A DNA stretch of 64,000 nt from Candidatus Woesearchaeota archaeon (GTDB taxonomy: Archaea; Nanobdellota; Nanobdellia; SCGC-AAA011-G17; PNOQ01), in NCBI GenBank assembly GCA_043812195.1, contig JBDRML010000016.1, positions 22,093 to 86,092 on the forward strand, read 5' to 3'. The translations under genes were made by a program, and so were the position numbers. The notes under the pieces were generated by a model. That model searched no databases. It was not told the DNA's origin and saw only the letters and a list, made by a program, of their open reading frames with translations. Shown here piece by piece: positions 1-9,478 of this stretch (positions are counted from its first letter, which is position 1; the number at the start of each line of letters is the position of its first letter).

Positions 1-321
1 AAATGTATAGAGGGAGATTTAGAATTAATTATTTCAAAGGAACAGCTTAAAGAATTAAATAAAGTAATGAATTATCCTAAATTCAAATTTAGTGATGAAC
101 AAAAAGAAACTTTTATTTCAATTATATTAGAAATTGCTAAAGTTGTTGAAATTAAAAATAGCTTAAAAGTTATCAAGGATGATCCAGATGATAATATGAT
201 TTTAGAGACTGCTTTAGCATCGAATGTAGATTACATTATTTCAGGAGACCCGCATTTATTAAATCTTGAAGAATTTAAAGGGATAAAAATTTTAAAAGCA
301 TCTGACTTTTTAGATTTGTAG
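1..321 (+). CDS. PIN-domain protein, C-terminal part (VapC-like toxin); 5' end lies outside the window
   Basis: Frame is open from base 1 into ORF 67..321. C-terminal sequence DPDDNMILETALASNVDYIISGDPHLL is typical of PIN-family toxin components. Confidence 0.55.
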   Translation, partial: KCIEGDLELIISKEQLKELNKVMNYPKFKFSDEQKETFISIILEIAKVVEIKNSLKVIKDDPDDNMILETALASNVDYIISGDPHLLNLEEFKGIKILKASDFLDL

Positions 322-397
322 TAATTTTTTTGTAGTTCAAAATCTGGAGAATAGGAAATCTGTATAAAAATTACCAAAAAATAACAAAAACCAAAAA

Positions 398-441
398 CTA
401 TATAAACCCATAGTTTACATATATAAACTGTGAGTTTATAT
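398..441 (+). promoter_or_regulatory. TATA-like AT box plus two tandem palindromes with TAAAC/GTTTA half-sites overlapping the start of the HTH-nucleotidyltransferase gene; putative autoregulatory operator
   Basis: Seen directly: ataaacccatagtttac (402-418) and perfect 9-bp inverted repeat atataaact-gtg-agtttatat (421-441); acatatataaa lies ~20 nt upstream of the ATG at 440. Confidence 0.3.
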
Positions 442-1024
442 GAAAGATGTAACTAAAAATGAGATGTCTCTCATTCTAACTATTTTTAAAAGCCCTGAAA
501 AAGACTATAATGCAAGAACGATAGCCAAAGAAATAAAGATAACCCACATGGGAGCATTAAAAATAGTCAAAAGATTAGAAAACGAAGGAATTTTAAAATC
601 TAAAGAACTAGGCAAAGCTAAATTTTATACATTAAACTTTGATAATGATTATGTAGAACAATATCTAAAGTTTTTGCTAAAAAGGGAAGTTGAACAATCT
701 AATCCTTATGTAAAAAGATGGATTAAAGAAATTAAAAAAATAAAGAATGCTGACTCTGCAATTTTATTCGGATCTATATTAATAAAACATAAAAAAGCTA
801 AAGATATAGACATTCTATTTATTATAGATAGCAAAAAATTTTCAAAGCTAAAAGATGAAATAACAAAAATAAACTCAATTAACATTAAGAAATTACATCC
901 AATATACCAAACAAAACAGGATATAAAAGACAATATTAAAGAAGAAGATAAACCATTATTAAATGCTATTAAAGGAATAATTATATTTGGAGATAACACA
1001 ATTATAAATCTATTAAGAAAATAA
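440..1024 (+). CDS. winged-helix HTH + minimal nucleotidyltransferase (MNT-type) protein
   Basis: N-terminal HTH-like segment; nucleotidyltransferase motif ILFGSILIKHKKAKDIDILFII (G-S...D-x-D). Confidence 0.55.
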   Translation: MKDVTKNEMSLILTIFKSPEKDYNARTIAKEIKITHMGALKIVKRLENEGILKSKELGKAKFYTLNFDNDYVEQYLKFLLKREVEQSNPYVKRWIKEIKKIKNADSAILFGSILIKHKKAKDIDILFIIDSKKFSKLKDEITKINSINIKKLHPIYQTKQDIKDNIKEEDKPLLNAIKGIIIFGDNTIINLLRK

Positions 1025-1101
1025 CACATGCTAAAAATAAAGTTGATTGGTGTATTAAAAAGGCTGAGAAAGAATTACAAAAATTAAATAGGCACAGAGG
1101 A

Positions 1102-1530
1102 TTGATTAAAACCAGCTCAAATAAAGGAAAATCTAATAATTTTATAGAAAAGGCAGAACATAACTTAAATGCAGCAATAGAGTTTGAAAAAGGAAATTAT
1201 TCTGATTGGTCACCAATTGCCTTTTTCTATTCTATGTATCATTGTTTATTAGCTATAAGTGCAAAATTTGGATATGAATCAAGAAACCAAGAATGTACTC
1301 TTGCACTAATATATAACTTAATTGAAGATAAAAAGATAGATTTTAATAAAAGATTATTAGATGAGATATCAATGTTAGGCATTCCTAAAGATAAAGAAAG
1401 AAGCATTGTAGATATTAGAGAATTTTATCAGTATGGAACTTCACTTTCTATTAAAAAAGATGTATACAAAGATTTATTAAAACTAGCAAAAGAGGTTCTC
1501 TCAAGAACCAAGGATTTATTGGAAGAATGA
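1102..1530 (+). CDS. HEPN-domain protein, likely partner of the upstream nucleotidyltransferase (MNT-HEPN toxin-antitoxin-like pair)
   Basis: AEHNLNAAIEFEKGNY...FFYSMYHCLLAISAKFGYESRNQEC resembles the HEPN fold; stop overlaps next start (ATGA). Confidence 0.5.
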   Translation: MIKTSSNKGKSNNFIEKAEHNLNAAIEFEKGNYSDWSPIAFFYSMYHCLLAISAKFGYESRNQECTLALIYNLIEDKKIDFNKRLLDEISMLGIPKDKERSIVDIREFYQYGTSLSIKKDVYKDLLKLAKEVLSRTKDLLEE

Positions 1531-1859
1531 AAATAAAAGAAAATAAAAGTCTGTTTTTAAAACAGTTTGGGGATACTCCTCAATTAAGAGTATTAGACTT
1601 CCTTATAGATAACCATATGTTTGATTTCCCTATGACAGAGATAGCAAGAGAAAGCAATGTTAGTTATAACTCTATCAAAATCTTTTTTCCTAACCTCGTA
1701 AAATCCAAAGTACTAATCAAAACTAGAAAAATAGGAAAGTCTGACTATTACAAATTAAACATGGAAAACCATTTTATTAAGAACCTTATAAAACTTGATT
1801 GGACGCTAACCAAAGAAAGTATTCCACCAAAAAAGGAAAAACCATTGATTCCTGCCTAA
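1527..1859 (+). CDS. small putative winged-helix DNA-binding protein
   Basis: 110-aa ORF translationally coupled to the HEPN gene; basic helix-turn-helix-like segment. Weak. Confidence 0.3.
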   Translation: MKIKENKSLFLKQFGDTPQLRVLDFLIDNHMFDFPMTEIARESNVSYNSIKIFFPNLVKSKVLIKTRKIGKSDYYKLNMENHFIKNLIKLDWTLTKESIPPKKEKPLIPA

Positions 1860-1907
1860 ACCTCAAAAAAGAATACTTTTATTAAATAAAACAAAGTTCT
1901 CACCTTA

Positions 1908-3527
1908 ATGACCAGTATATCTAAAAAACATATAGTTTACTTCTTAATTCTAATCTTATTTCTAACAGGATTATTCTTTAGAGTATCATTAGATGGCTTG
2001 CCTGAAAATCACCCAGGAAATCTAAAAGCTGCAAATGCATTCTATCACACAATAGCAGCAGATCATATAGCAGAAACAGGGAAAATATTCAATCATCCTT
2101 GGTGGGATGCAGAAGGTCATGATGACATAATAAGCACAGTATCACAACACGAAGCAGTATTAATAGCTCCTTTAATAAAACTCACAGGAATTCCAGATTG
2201 GAACGCAGCATACTTAATTGTCTGTATATTATCAGCATTAGCTATTCCCCTAATGTACATGTTAACAAGAAAACTATTTAATTCTCATCTTATCGGAATC
2301 ATAGCAGCAGGCGTTTTAGTTTTACCTTTAGACTTATCAAACTGGCTTTATTACCAATATATTGGAATTTGGCTACAATCAAGTGTAACACCTTTCATGT
2401 TATTATCCTTCATATTAATAATTGATATCCTTAAAAAACCAGAAACTTGGAAAATTCTAGCACTAGGAATAAACATAGCAGCAGTATTCCTAATGTTCCC
2501 TCCAGTATTAATTTTCTTATTCCCATTATTACTAATAGTTTTATGGAAATTAGCATTCAAAGAAAAAAAGAAAGCAAAAAGATTAGCAGCATACATCATA
2601 ATCCCATTAATCGCAATTATAATCTTCATGCCTAGTTTATTAGTAGGAGATATTGGAGCAAGAATAAACAATGAAGAATCTCCATTTTATTTTGCAACTC
2701 CAAACTATGATAGCACTCCATTCGCAAAAGGATTTGAAGGCACACCAATCATTTTACTAATCTTATTCGGATTAGGAATAATACAATTATTGTTAAACTA
2801 TAAAAAGTATAGACCATTAATAGCTTATTCAATATACTTTGTAGCTGTAGTATATTTATTCCCATTTTTCATACACAATATGGAATACTATCTAATGAGA
2901 ATGAAAGGATTCTTAATTTACTTAATGGCTCCAATAATAGCTTACGGGATATATTATTTCATAATTAAAAATATAGCAAAATATTTCAACAAAAAAACAT
3001 TAATCACAATAGTAATATTAATCTTATTAGTACTTGGAGGAATATCTCAATTTAACACACTAAAAAGTCAATTAAATTATGAACACATCCCAGCAGACAA
3101 ATATGTAGTAGCTAAATGGATACAAGAAAACATACCAGAAGATGAACATTTATTCATGCTTGAAGGAGATTATCAATTAGAAGCAACTTATTTCCAAAGA
3201 GTTAGATTTACATTATACCAAGAAGAATTCGCTAACTACATAAAACAATTACAAGAAACAGGAGACCCAACAGAAGTAACAGGCCATTGGTCAGGATACA
3301 TAGATTGGAGTAAATGGAAAACAAGAACTGGATATCTAAGTTTTGAAGAATACGAACCACTAAGTAAAACTCAAAAAATAACAGACTTCAATTACATTTA
3401 TCTAGAATCATTAAACCAACAATTACTAGAACTAAACCAATATATCGCATCTTGGCTAGTACAAGAAAATAACTATGAACCAATATATGAACAAGGAAGG
3501 TTCCTAATATTAAAGAAAAATGAATAA
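1908..3527 (+). CDS. polytopic integral membrane protein, putative GT-C fold glycosyltransferase (ArnT/PMT/Gtr-type)
   Basis: 539 aa, about 12 predicted TM helices followed by a ~140-aa hydrophilic C-terminal domain; sits in a three-gene overlap with a small membrane protein and a GT2 dolichyl-phosphate sugar synthase. Confidence 0.4.
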   Translation: MTSISKKHIVYFLILILFLTGLFFRVSLDGLPENHPGNLKAANAFYHTIAADHIAETGKIFNHPWWDAEGHDDIISTVSQHEAVLIAPLIKLTGIPDWNAAYLIVCILSALAIPLMYMLTRKLFNSHLIGIIAAGVLVLPLDLSNWLYYQYIGIWLQSSVTPFMLLSFILIIDILKKPETWKILALGINIAAVFLMFPPVLIFLFPLLLIVLWKLAFKEKKKAKRLAAYIIIPLIAIIIFMPSLLVGDIGARINNEESPFYFATPNYDSTPFAKGFEGTPIILLILFGLGIIQLLLNYKKYRPLIAYSIYFVAVVYLFPFFIHNMEYYLMRMKGFLIYLMAPIIAYGIYYFIIKNIAKYFNKKTLITIVILILLVLGGISQFNTLKSQLNYEHIPADKYVVAKWIQENIPEDEHLFMLEGDYQLEATYFQRVRFTLYQEEFANYIKQLQETGDPTEVTGHWSGYIDWSKWKTRTGYLSFEEYEPLSKTQKITDFNYIYLESLNQQLLELNQYIASWLVQENNYEPIYEQGRFLILKKNE

Positions 3528-3849
3528 ATCAATAAAATTATTAATAATAGAAATAATAATCGTTTTCATAATCAGTATTGTATTAAATAACTTCATAGAT
3601 ATGATAAAATTCACAACCTTTTTCATACTCTTATACTTTATCCCAATTCTTCCATGGGTATCAAAAATAAAAATGAACCTTTTAGAAAAAATGATAATAA
3701 TCAACACAATAGGTTTAGCTTTAATACCAATAGTATACATAATAATAGGATCTTTCACAAAACTATCAACAATCTTATATATTTTAGGAGCAGCAGCAAT
3801 ATTTATAGTTGGGATATTAAAAAATAGAAAAGAAAATGAAAAACATTAG
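3520..3849 (+). CDS. small 3-4 TM membrane protein, GtrA-like (putative lipid-linked sugar translocation helper)
   Basis: 109 aa, entirely hydrophobic helices; start overlaps the upstream gene end and its end overlaps the GT2 start. Confidence 0.35.
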   Translation: MNKSIKLLIIEIIIVFIISIVLNNFIDMIKFTTFFILLYFIPILPWVSKIKMNLLEKMIIINTIGLALIPIVYIIIGSFTKLSTILYILGAAAIFIVGILKNRKENEKH

Positions 3850-4561
3850 TCTATCAGTATTCTTTCCATTCTACAATGATGAAGGAAGTATAAGAAAAAT
3901 AGTTAATGATACTTTAGAAACTCTAAAAGAAATTACAGAAGATTATGAAATAATTCTAGTAGATGATCACAGCCCAGACAAAGTAGGAGAAATAGCAGAT
4001 GAATTAGCCAAAGAAAATCCAAAAATAAAAGTTATTCACCATGAAAAAAACAGAGGTTACGGAGGAGCATTAAAATCCGGTTTTTCAAACTCAACAAAAG
4101 AATACATTTTCTACACAGATGGTGATAATCAATACGATGTAAAAGAACTAAAACTATTAGTAGACAAATTAGATGAAGACACAGACTTAGTAAATGGCTA
4201 TAAATTAAGTAGAGGAGATCCTTGGTATAGAAAATTAATAGGAAGAACATATCACTGGACTGTAAAAATATTATTCAATTTAAAAATAAGAGATGTAGAT
4301 TGTGATTTTAGATTAATAAGAAGAAAATTATTTGATCAATTTGATTTGGAGTCTAATTCTGGCGTTATATGTGTAGAACTAATGAAAAAAATTCATATGC
4401 AAAAAGCTAAAATTAAAGAAGTCCCTGTTCATCATTATCCAAGATATTATGGCAAGTCTCAATTTTTTAATTTTAAAAGAATTTTTAAAGTTGGAATAGG
4501 AATTCTAAACCAATGGTATAAATTAATTTTATTAAAAAAAAATGGAAAAAGAAGCATATAA
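3836..4561 (+). CDS. GT2 family glycosyltransferase, dolichyl-phosphate mannose/glucose synthase-like
   Basis: YEIILVDDHSPD ... NRGYGGALKSGF ... YTDGDNQYD motifs of GT-A/GT2 polyprenyl-phosphate sugar synthases. Confidence 0.8.
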   Translation: MKNISLSVFFPFYNDEGSIRKIVNDTLETLKEITEDYEIILVDDHSPDKVGEIADELAKENPKIKVIHHEKNRGYGGALKSGFSNSTKEYIFYTDGDNQYDVKELKLLVDKLDEDTDLVNGYKLSRGDPWYRKLIGRTYHWTVKILFNLKIRDVDCDFRLIRRKLFDQFDLESNSGVICVELMKKIHMQKAKIKEVPVHHYPRYYGKSQFFNFKRIFKVGIGILNQWYKLILLKKNGKRSI

Positions 4562-5264
4562 ACAAACATATGAAGCTGAGGAAAATCACTGGTGGTTTAA
4601 AGGAATCAGAAAAATAATATTTTCAATTTTAGACAAAAAAATAAAAAGAAATGATTTAAAGATATTAGATTCTGGATGTGGAACAGGAATTCTTTTGACT
4701 AAATTAAAAAAATATGGTGAGCCTTCTGGAGTAGATATATCTGAAGAAGCACTAAAATACTGCAAAGAAAGAGGTTTAAAAAAGTTATACAAATCTTCTG
4801 TAGAAAACCTGCCTTTCAAAGAAAACACATTTGATTTAGTGACATCCATAGATGTAATCTACCATAAAGAAGTTCAATCAGATATAAAAGCATTAAAAGA
4901 AATAAATAGGGTATTAAAAAAAGATGGCCTTGCCTTAATTCAGGTTGCAGCTTACAATTTCATGCTTAGTAATCATGATAAGTTTGTTCACACTCAAAGA
5001 AGATACACAAAAAAAGAATTAGAAAAAAAATTAAGAGAGATGGGCTTTAAAATTGAAAAAATAACATATATTAACACATTTTTATTTCCAATAGCATTAA
5101 TTAAAAGACTAACAGAATCAAAAAATACAAAATCAGAACTAAAACCACTTCCAAAAATAATTAATGATTTATTTATAAATATTCTATATTTAGAATCAAA
5201 AATAATAAATATCATAAACCTGCCTTTTGGCCTTTCAATTATTTGTTTAGCTAGAAAACAATAA
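4542..5264 (+). CDS. class I SAM-dependent methyltransferase
   Basis: Motif I ILDSGCGTGILL; acidic loop and VLKKDGLALI motif. Confidence 0.7.
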   Translation: MEKEAYKQTYEAEENHWWFKGIRKIIFSILDKKIKRNDLKILDSGCGTGILLTKLKKYGEPSGVDISEEALKYCKERGLKKLYKSSVENLPFKENTFDLVTSIDVIYHKEVQSDIKALKEINRVLKKDGLALIQVAAYNFMLSNHDKFVHTQRRYTKKELEKKLREMGFKIEKITYINTFLFPIALIKRLTESKNTKSELKPLPKIINDLFINILYLESKIINIINLPFGLSIICLARKQ

Positions 5265-5297
5265 TTTTAAATAACCAGCTTAAATAATCAACATATT

Positions 5298-6248
5298 ATG
5301 TTAAGTTATTTCCAAGAAAAAATTAAAAATAAACAAACCTTAATTTCGTTTATAATTGTAGCAATAATTCTAATCTTTTTGGTTCTCAATGCAAATATAA
5401 ATGAATTAATAAAACATATTTCTCAAATAAACCTAATATATTTCATATTAGCTATAATTGTATTTTACTTATCAATATTTCCAAGAGCATTAAGATACAA
5501 TATATTATTAAAAAATATAGGAATAAATCAAAGATTAAAGAATATCACAGAAATTTATTTTCTTTCCTGGTTTGCAAATTTAATAGCTCCTGCAAAGCTT
5601 GGGGATTTATACAGGAGTTATTTAATAAAAAAGAATTATGGCAATTCAAAATCTGAAACCCTAGGAACAACCTTTGTAGAGAGATTAATGGATTTGATTT
5701 TATTAATTATCTTAATAAGTATAGCTGGCTTTTTAATAATAGAAGAAGCAGTTTCAGGACAAATAAAAAATTTCTTAATAATAGCATACTTAATACTGAT
5801 CATTCTTATAATTTCAATTTTCATTCTAAAAGGATTTAGAGCAAAGCTAACAAGACTACTACCAGAAAGATTCCAACACATAGTACCAAACTTTGAAAAT
5901 AGTATGTCAACATGTTTAACCAAAAAAACAATATTACAAATAGTATTATTAACTATAATTTATTGGGCATTAGAAATTGGAACTCTTTATTTTGTTACTT
6001 TAGCACTAAACACAAATTTATCCTTAATGTTAATAATATTTGTAACTCTGATTTCAGCTTTAACAAGTGTAATTCCACTAACACCATCAGGAGCCGGAGC
6101 AGCAGAAGCAGGAGTAACAGCTACATTAGTAATATTTGGAATACCTTACAGCTTAGCATTCGCAATAGCAATCGTTCATAGAAGCATAGATTATTATTCA
6201 GGTTTAATCATAGGTACAATTGTTTATATTAAATCAAAATTAAAATAG
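5298..6248 (+). CDS. flippase-like / lysylphosphatidylglycerol-synthase TM-region family membrane protein (UPF0104-like)
   Basis: 316 aa, ~8 TM helices; C-terminal PLTPSGAGAAEAGVTATLV motif typical of this family, which often accompanies archaeal GT2 genes. Confidence 0.45.
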   Translation: MLSYFQEKIKNKQTLISFIIVAIILIFLVLNANINELIKHISQINLIYFILAIIVFYLSIFPRALRYNILLKNIGINQRLKNITEIYFLSWFANLIAPAKLGDLYRSYLIKKNYGNSKSETLGTTFVERLMDLILLIILISIAGFLIIEEAVSGQIKNFLIIAYLILIILIISIFILKGFRAKLTRLLPERFQHIVPNFENSMSTCLTKKTILQIVLLTIIYWALEIGTLYFVTLALNTNLSLMLIIFVTLISALTSVIPLTPSGAGAAEAGVTATLVIFGIPYSLAFAIAIVHRSIDYYSGLIIGTIVYIKSKLK

Positions 6249-6440
6249 ATTAAAACTGTGGAGAATTAATCTTTTTTTCAAGACCTGCCTCTATATCATA
6301 CTCAATCCATACATCATTTGATTTAAAATAAACAACAGCTTCTTCTTTAAAAATAATTGGTTCACCCATATCATTTAGATCTTTTAACCCATACCCATAT
6401 CTTCTTCCAATCTCTCTTTCCATAATAAAAAGCAGCAGTA

Positions 6441-7058
6441 TTAAACTTTTAAATCTTTCTTTTTCAAAACAAAAACAGAATAAAACCATAAACCACTTTT
6501 CATAGGATAAAACTTCTCTACATTAAACTTACTCTTTAACATTGAAAGATACTCATTCCCGTTCCTAATATTAGCTCCAACATCATATTTTTGAAGTCTT
6601 TTACTAATAAAATTCTTTGCGGGAGCATCTTCAATTAATAAAAAAACACCATTCTTCTTTAAAACTCTATGGACTTCATCAATAACTTTTCCAGTCTCTT
6701 CTTCACTCAAATGATGAAAAAATCCACTAACTAAAACAGAATCAAAATATTCATCTCCAAAATCCAAATTCAAAGCATCACCAACCACCATATTTTTACC
6801 ATACTTCTCTTTTCCATAATTAACATAGGCCTCAGATAAATCCACACCAGTATAGTTTTCCTTATCAAAAAACACAGAAAATTCACCAACACCGCAAGGA
6901 ATATCTAAAACCAGTCCATGCTTAGGCAATTCATTAGCAATTATCTTTCTTTGACTTTTAAAATTTGCCTCTATAACTTTTCTCAAAAAAGTATAAATTC
7001 CAGGATACTCCGATAATTTATTAGATAACCTCTTTAACATAAAAGAAGTCAATTTCAA
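6441..7058 (-). CDS. class I SAM-dependent methyltransferase (type 11-like)
   Basis: VLDIPCGVGEFS motif I; LKKNGVFLLIE motif. Confidence 0.7.
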   Translation of the reverse strand: MKLTSFMLKRLSNKLSEYPGIYTFLRKVIEANFKSQRKIIANELPKHGLVLDIPCGVGEFSVFFDKENYTGVDLSEAYVNYGKEKYGKNMVVGDALNLDFGDEYFDSVLVSGFFHHLSEEETGKVIDEVHRVLKKNGVFLLIEDAPAKNFISKRLQKYDVGANIRNGNEYLSMLKSKFNVEKFYPMKSGLWFYSVFVLKKKDLKV

Positions 7059-7092
7059 TATATATTTAAGGTTTTACCTTTTTCAAAATAAT

Positions 7093-8307
7093 ATGAAAGC
7101 TCTATTAATAACTGAATACTTTCCACCAATAATACATGGGGGAGGTGAAATAAGCGCATATTCCCTAGCACAAGCTTTAGCAAAAAATAATATAGAAGTT
7201 CATGTTCTTACTTCTTACTTTCCAAACCTCAAAAAATATGAAGAAAAAGATAATATAAAAATATACAGGCTCTTAGAAACAGGATTAAATCCAAGAAAAC
7301 TAACAGATAATATAAAAAGAAACATTCTATTAAAAAGATCTATAAAAAAATACGCCACAGAACTAAATAAAAAAGAAAATTTTGATATAATACACTTTCT
7401 AAATACAACTTCAATAACAAACTTACCAGAGATAAAAGCAAAAAAAATAGCAACAATAAACAATTACACAAACTTCTGTCCCAAATCAGATTTATATTAT
7501 ACAAAAACAAACTTTTCACCAGGAGAAAAAAATTTCAGAAAATATATAATAGAAATGCTTAATACAAACTACATAGGAAAACAAAAATTAAGATTCTATT
7601 TAAAATACAACCCAGCGTTTTTAACATGGCTATATTTAAATTATCTTCAAAGAAGAAAACAAATAAATTATGTAGATAAATTAATAGTCTTAAATGATCT
7701 CATAAAAAGAAAAAACACAGAAAAAATATACAACATAGCAAATATAGAAACAAAAATAACATTCTATCCAATAAAATCAGAAAACAAAAACCCAATAATT
7801 ACATTTATAGGAACTTTAGAAAAAATAAAGGGGGTAGATCTATTAATAAAAGCTTTCTCAAAAACAAAAGAAGCAAATCTATTAATAGTTGGTTCAGGCT
7901 CAGAAGAAAATAATCTCAAACAACTCTGCAAAGAGCTTAATATAGAAAATAAAGTAGAGTTCACAGGAAAACTAAACCAAAAATACTTACCATATATTTA
8001 TTCAAAAACAGACATAGTAGTATTACCAACAAGATGGCCAGAACCATTTGCTAGAGTTCTATTAGAAGCCACATTTTTCAAAAAACCAATAATAGCTACA
8101 AACACAGGTGGAAATCCAGAAGCAGTAATAGAAAATCTAAACGGGTTCCTAATAAACACAGAACAAGAACTAGCAAACAAGCTAAATATACTAATTAACA
8201 ATAAAAATCTAAGGGAAAAAATGGCTATAGAATCAGGAAATATATACAAAACTAAATTCATAACAGAAAAAATTATAAAGCAAATAATACACCTCTATCA
8301 AAAATGA
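7093..8307 (+). CDS. GT4 family (group 1) glycosyltransferase
   Basis: N-terminal ITEYFPPIIHGGGE; C-terminal EPFARVLLEATFFKKPIIATNTGGNPE (E-x7-E GT4 signature). Confidence 0.8.
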   Translation: MKALLITEYFPPIIHGGGEISAYSLAQALAKNNIEVHVLTSYFPNLKKYEEKDNIKIYRLLETGLNPRKLTDNIKRNILLKRSIKKYATELNKKENFDIIHFLNTTSITNLPEIKAKKIATINNYTNFCPKSDLYYTKTNFSPGEKNFRKYIIEMLNTNYIGKQKLRFYLKYNPAFLTWLYLNYLQRRKQINYVDKLIVLNDLIKRKNTEKIYNIANIETKITFYPIKSENKNPIITFIGTLEKIKGVDLLIKAFSKTKEANLLIVGSGSEENNLKQLCKELNIENKVEFTGKLNQKYLPYIYSKTDIVVLPTRWPEPFARVLLEATFFKKPIIATNTGGNPEAVIENLNGFLINTEQELANKLNILINNKNLREKMAIESGNIYKTKFITEKIIKQIIHLYQK

Positions 8308-8849
8308 ATAAGAAACTCAATATGGGATGTAATAGAAAAAAATTAAATGGTTATCTAAACGCAGATATAAATAATAATACAAATCCAGATATGGTAGTTC
8401 CACCATTACCTCAAAGACAACCATTTAAAGATAAAGAATTTGATGAAGTATTATTTGATAATTGCATGCAATATGTCCCTGTAATAGATATAGTTCCTAG
8501 TTTAAAAGAAATGTGTAGAATAGGTAAAAAAGTTATAGTCAGTTTTAGTCCTAAAAATATGGTTGGTAGTACTATATTTGAAAGAGGGATAAATATGATT
8601 GGTTATTCTATATTAAGTTTTTATTATTTGGATGAAGAAAATAGAAAAAGTAAATCATGGAGAGATTGGGATTATGATTTTAAGATAAATAAAATTTGGT
8701 TTGAATTAAATTTTAGAAGGTTTTGGCATGTTAGATTATTGGAATGGTGGGTAAATAAATCTAAAAGAAATCAGCAACTGTATGAAAACTCATGTTTATT
8801 TTATTTATTTCCTGCCAGATGGATATGGATAGAATTTAAAGGAGTTTAA
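8304..8849 (+). CDS. small putative SAM-dependent methyltransferase-like protein
   Basis: LNMGCNRKKLNGYLNADI N-terminus and later FDEVLFDNCMQYV...EMCRIGKKVIVSF resemble class I methyltransferases. Weak. Confidence 0.35.
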   Translation: MNKKLNMGCNRKKLNGYLNADINNNTNPDMVVPPLPQRQPFKDKEFDEVLFDNCMQYVPVIDIVPSLKEMCRIGKKVIVSFSPKNMVGSTIFERGINMIGYSILSFYYLDEENRKSKSWRDWDYDFKINKIWFELNFRRFWHVRLLEWWVNKSKRNQQLYENSCLFYLFPARWIWIEFKGV

Positions 8850-8899
8850 AAAGAACCAGATGAAAATGATGATTTTGAGAATTTAAAATAAGTTAAAAA

Positions 8900-9382
8900 A
8901 TGGAAACGAAGAAAATAAATTTCGGCTGTGGAAAAGATATAAAAAAGGGTTTTTTAAATGTCGATTACCCAGAGATTAATTTGAATAAACCATTACATTA
9001 TCAAGATAATGAATTTGATTATGGTTTGTGTAAATCAGTTATACCTTACTTAAAAAATTTGCATTTTTCATTAAAAGAAATGAAAAGAATATGTAAAAAA
9101 TTAGAAGTTGCATTTCCACATTTCTCTGTTGGGACCCCTAATCAAATATCTTATGGTAAGGTCTATTACTTGGGATTTAGTATTAACAATATGTTTCTAT
9201 TAAAACCTGATGAGATTATAGTTAAAAATTCTTTCTTTAAAATAAAATTAAAGAAGAAGAATTGGAAAGGGAAATTAATGATTTATTTTGAGCAGTATCT
9301 TAGTGCTATAATTAAAATAAGAGAAATGTATTTAATATGGAATAAAAAATCTAATAATTCGCAGGAGAAAACAGGGAGTTGA
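8900..9382 (+). CDS. small putative SAM-dependent methyltransferase-like protein, paralog of 8304..8849
   Basis: INFGCGKDIKKGFLNVD N-terminus; similar layout to the upstream gene. Confidence 0.35.
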   Translation: METKKINFGCGKDIKKGFLNVDYPEINLNKPLHYQDNEFDYGLCKSVIPYLKNLHFSLKEMKRICKKLEVAFPHFSVGTPNQISYGKVYYLGFSINNMFLLKPDEIIVKNSFFKIKLKKKNWKGKLMIYFEQYLSAIIKIREMYLIWNKKSNNSQEKTGS

Positions 9383-9478
9383 TTAAGAATGGAAAACCAA
9401 AACAATCAAGAAAAATATATGAAACAAAATTCAATCCTCAAAAACTAATAAAGCAAATAATAACCCTATACCAAAATG
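9383..9478 (+). repeat. degenerate copy of the 3' end of the GT4 gene 7093..8307
   Basis: Seen directly: ~75% identity to 8235..8310, including the ...aaagcaaataata...ccaaaATGA stop/start overlap arrangement. Confidence 0.5.

Noticed and set aside
6250-6489. 79-aa minus-strand ORF overlapping the first 16 codons of the methyltransferase gene 6441..7058
   Set aside because: Could be a small upstream protein, but it overlaps a confident gene start, lies in a likely promoter/leader region, and has no motif. Not called.
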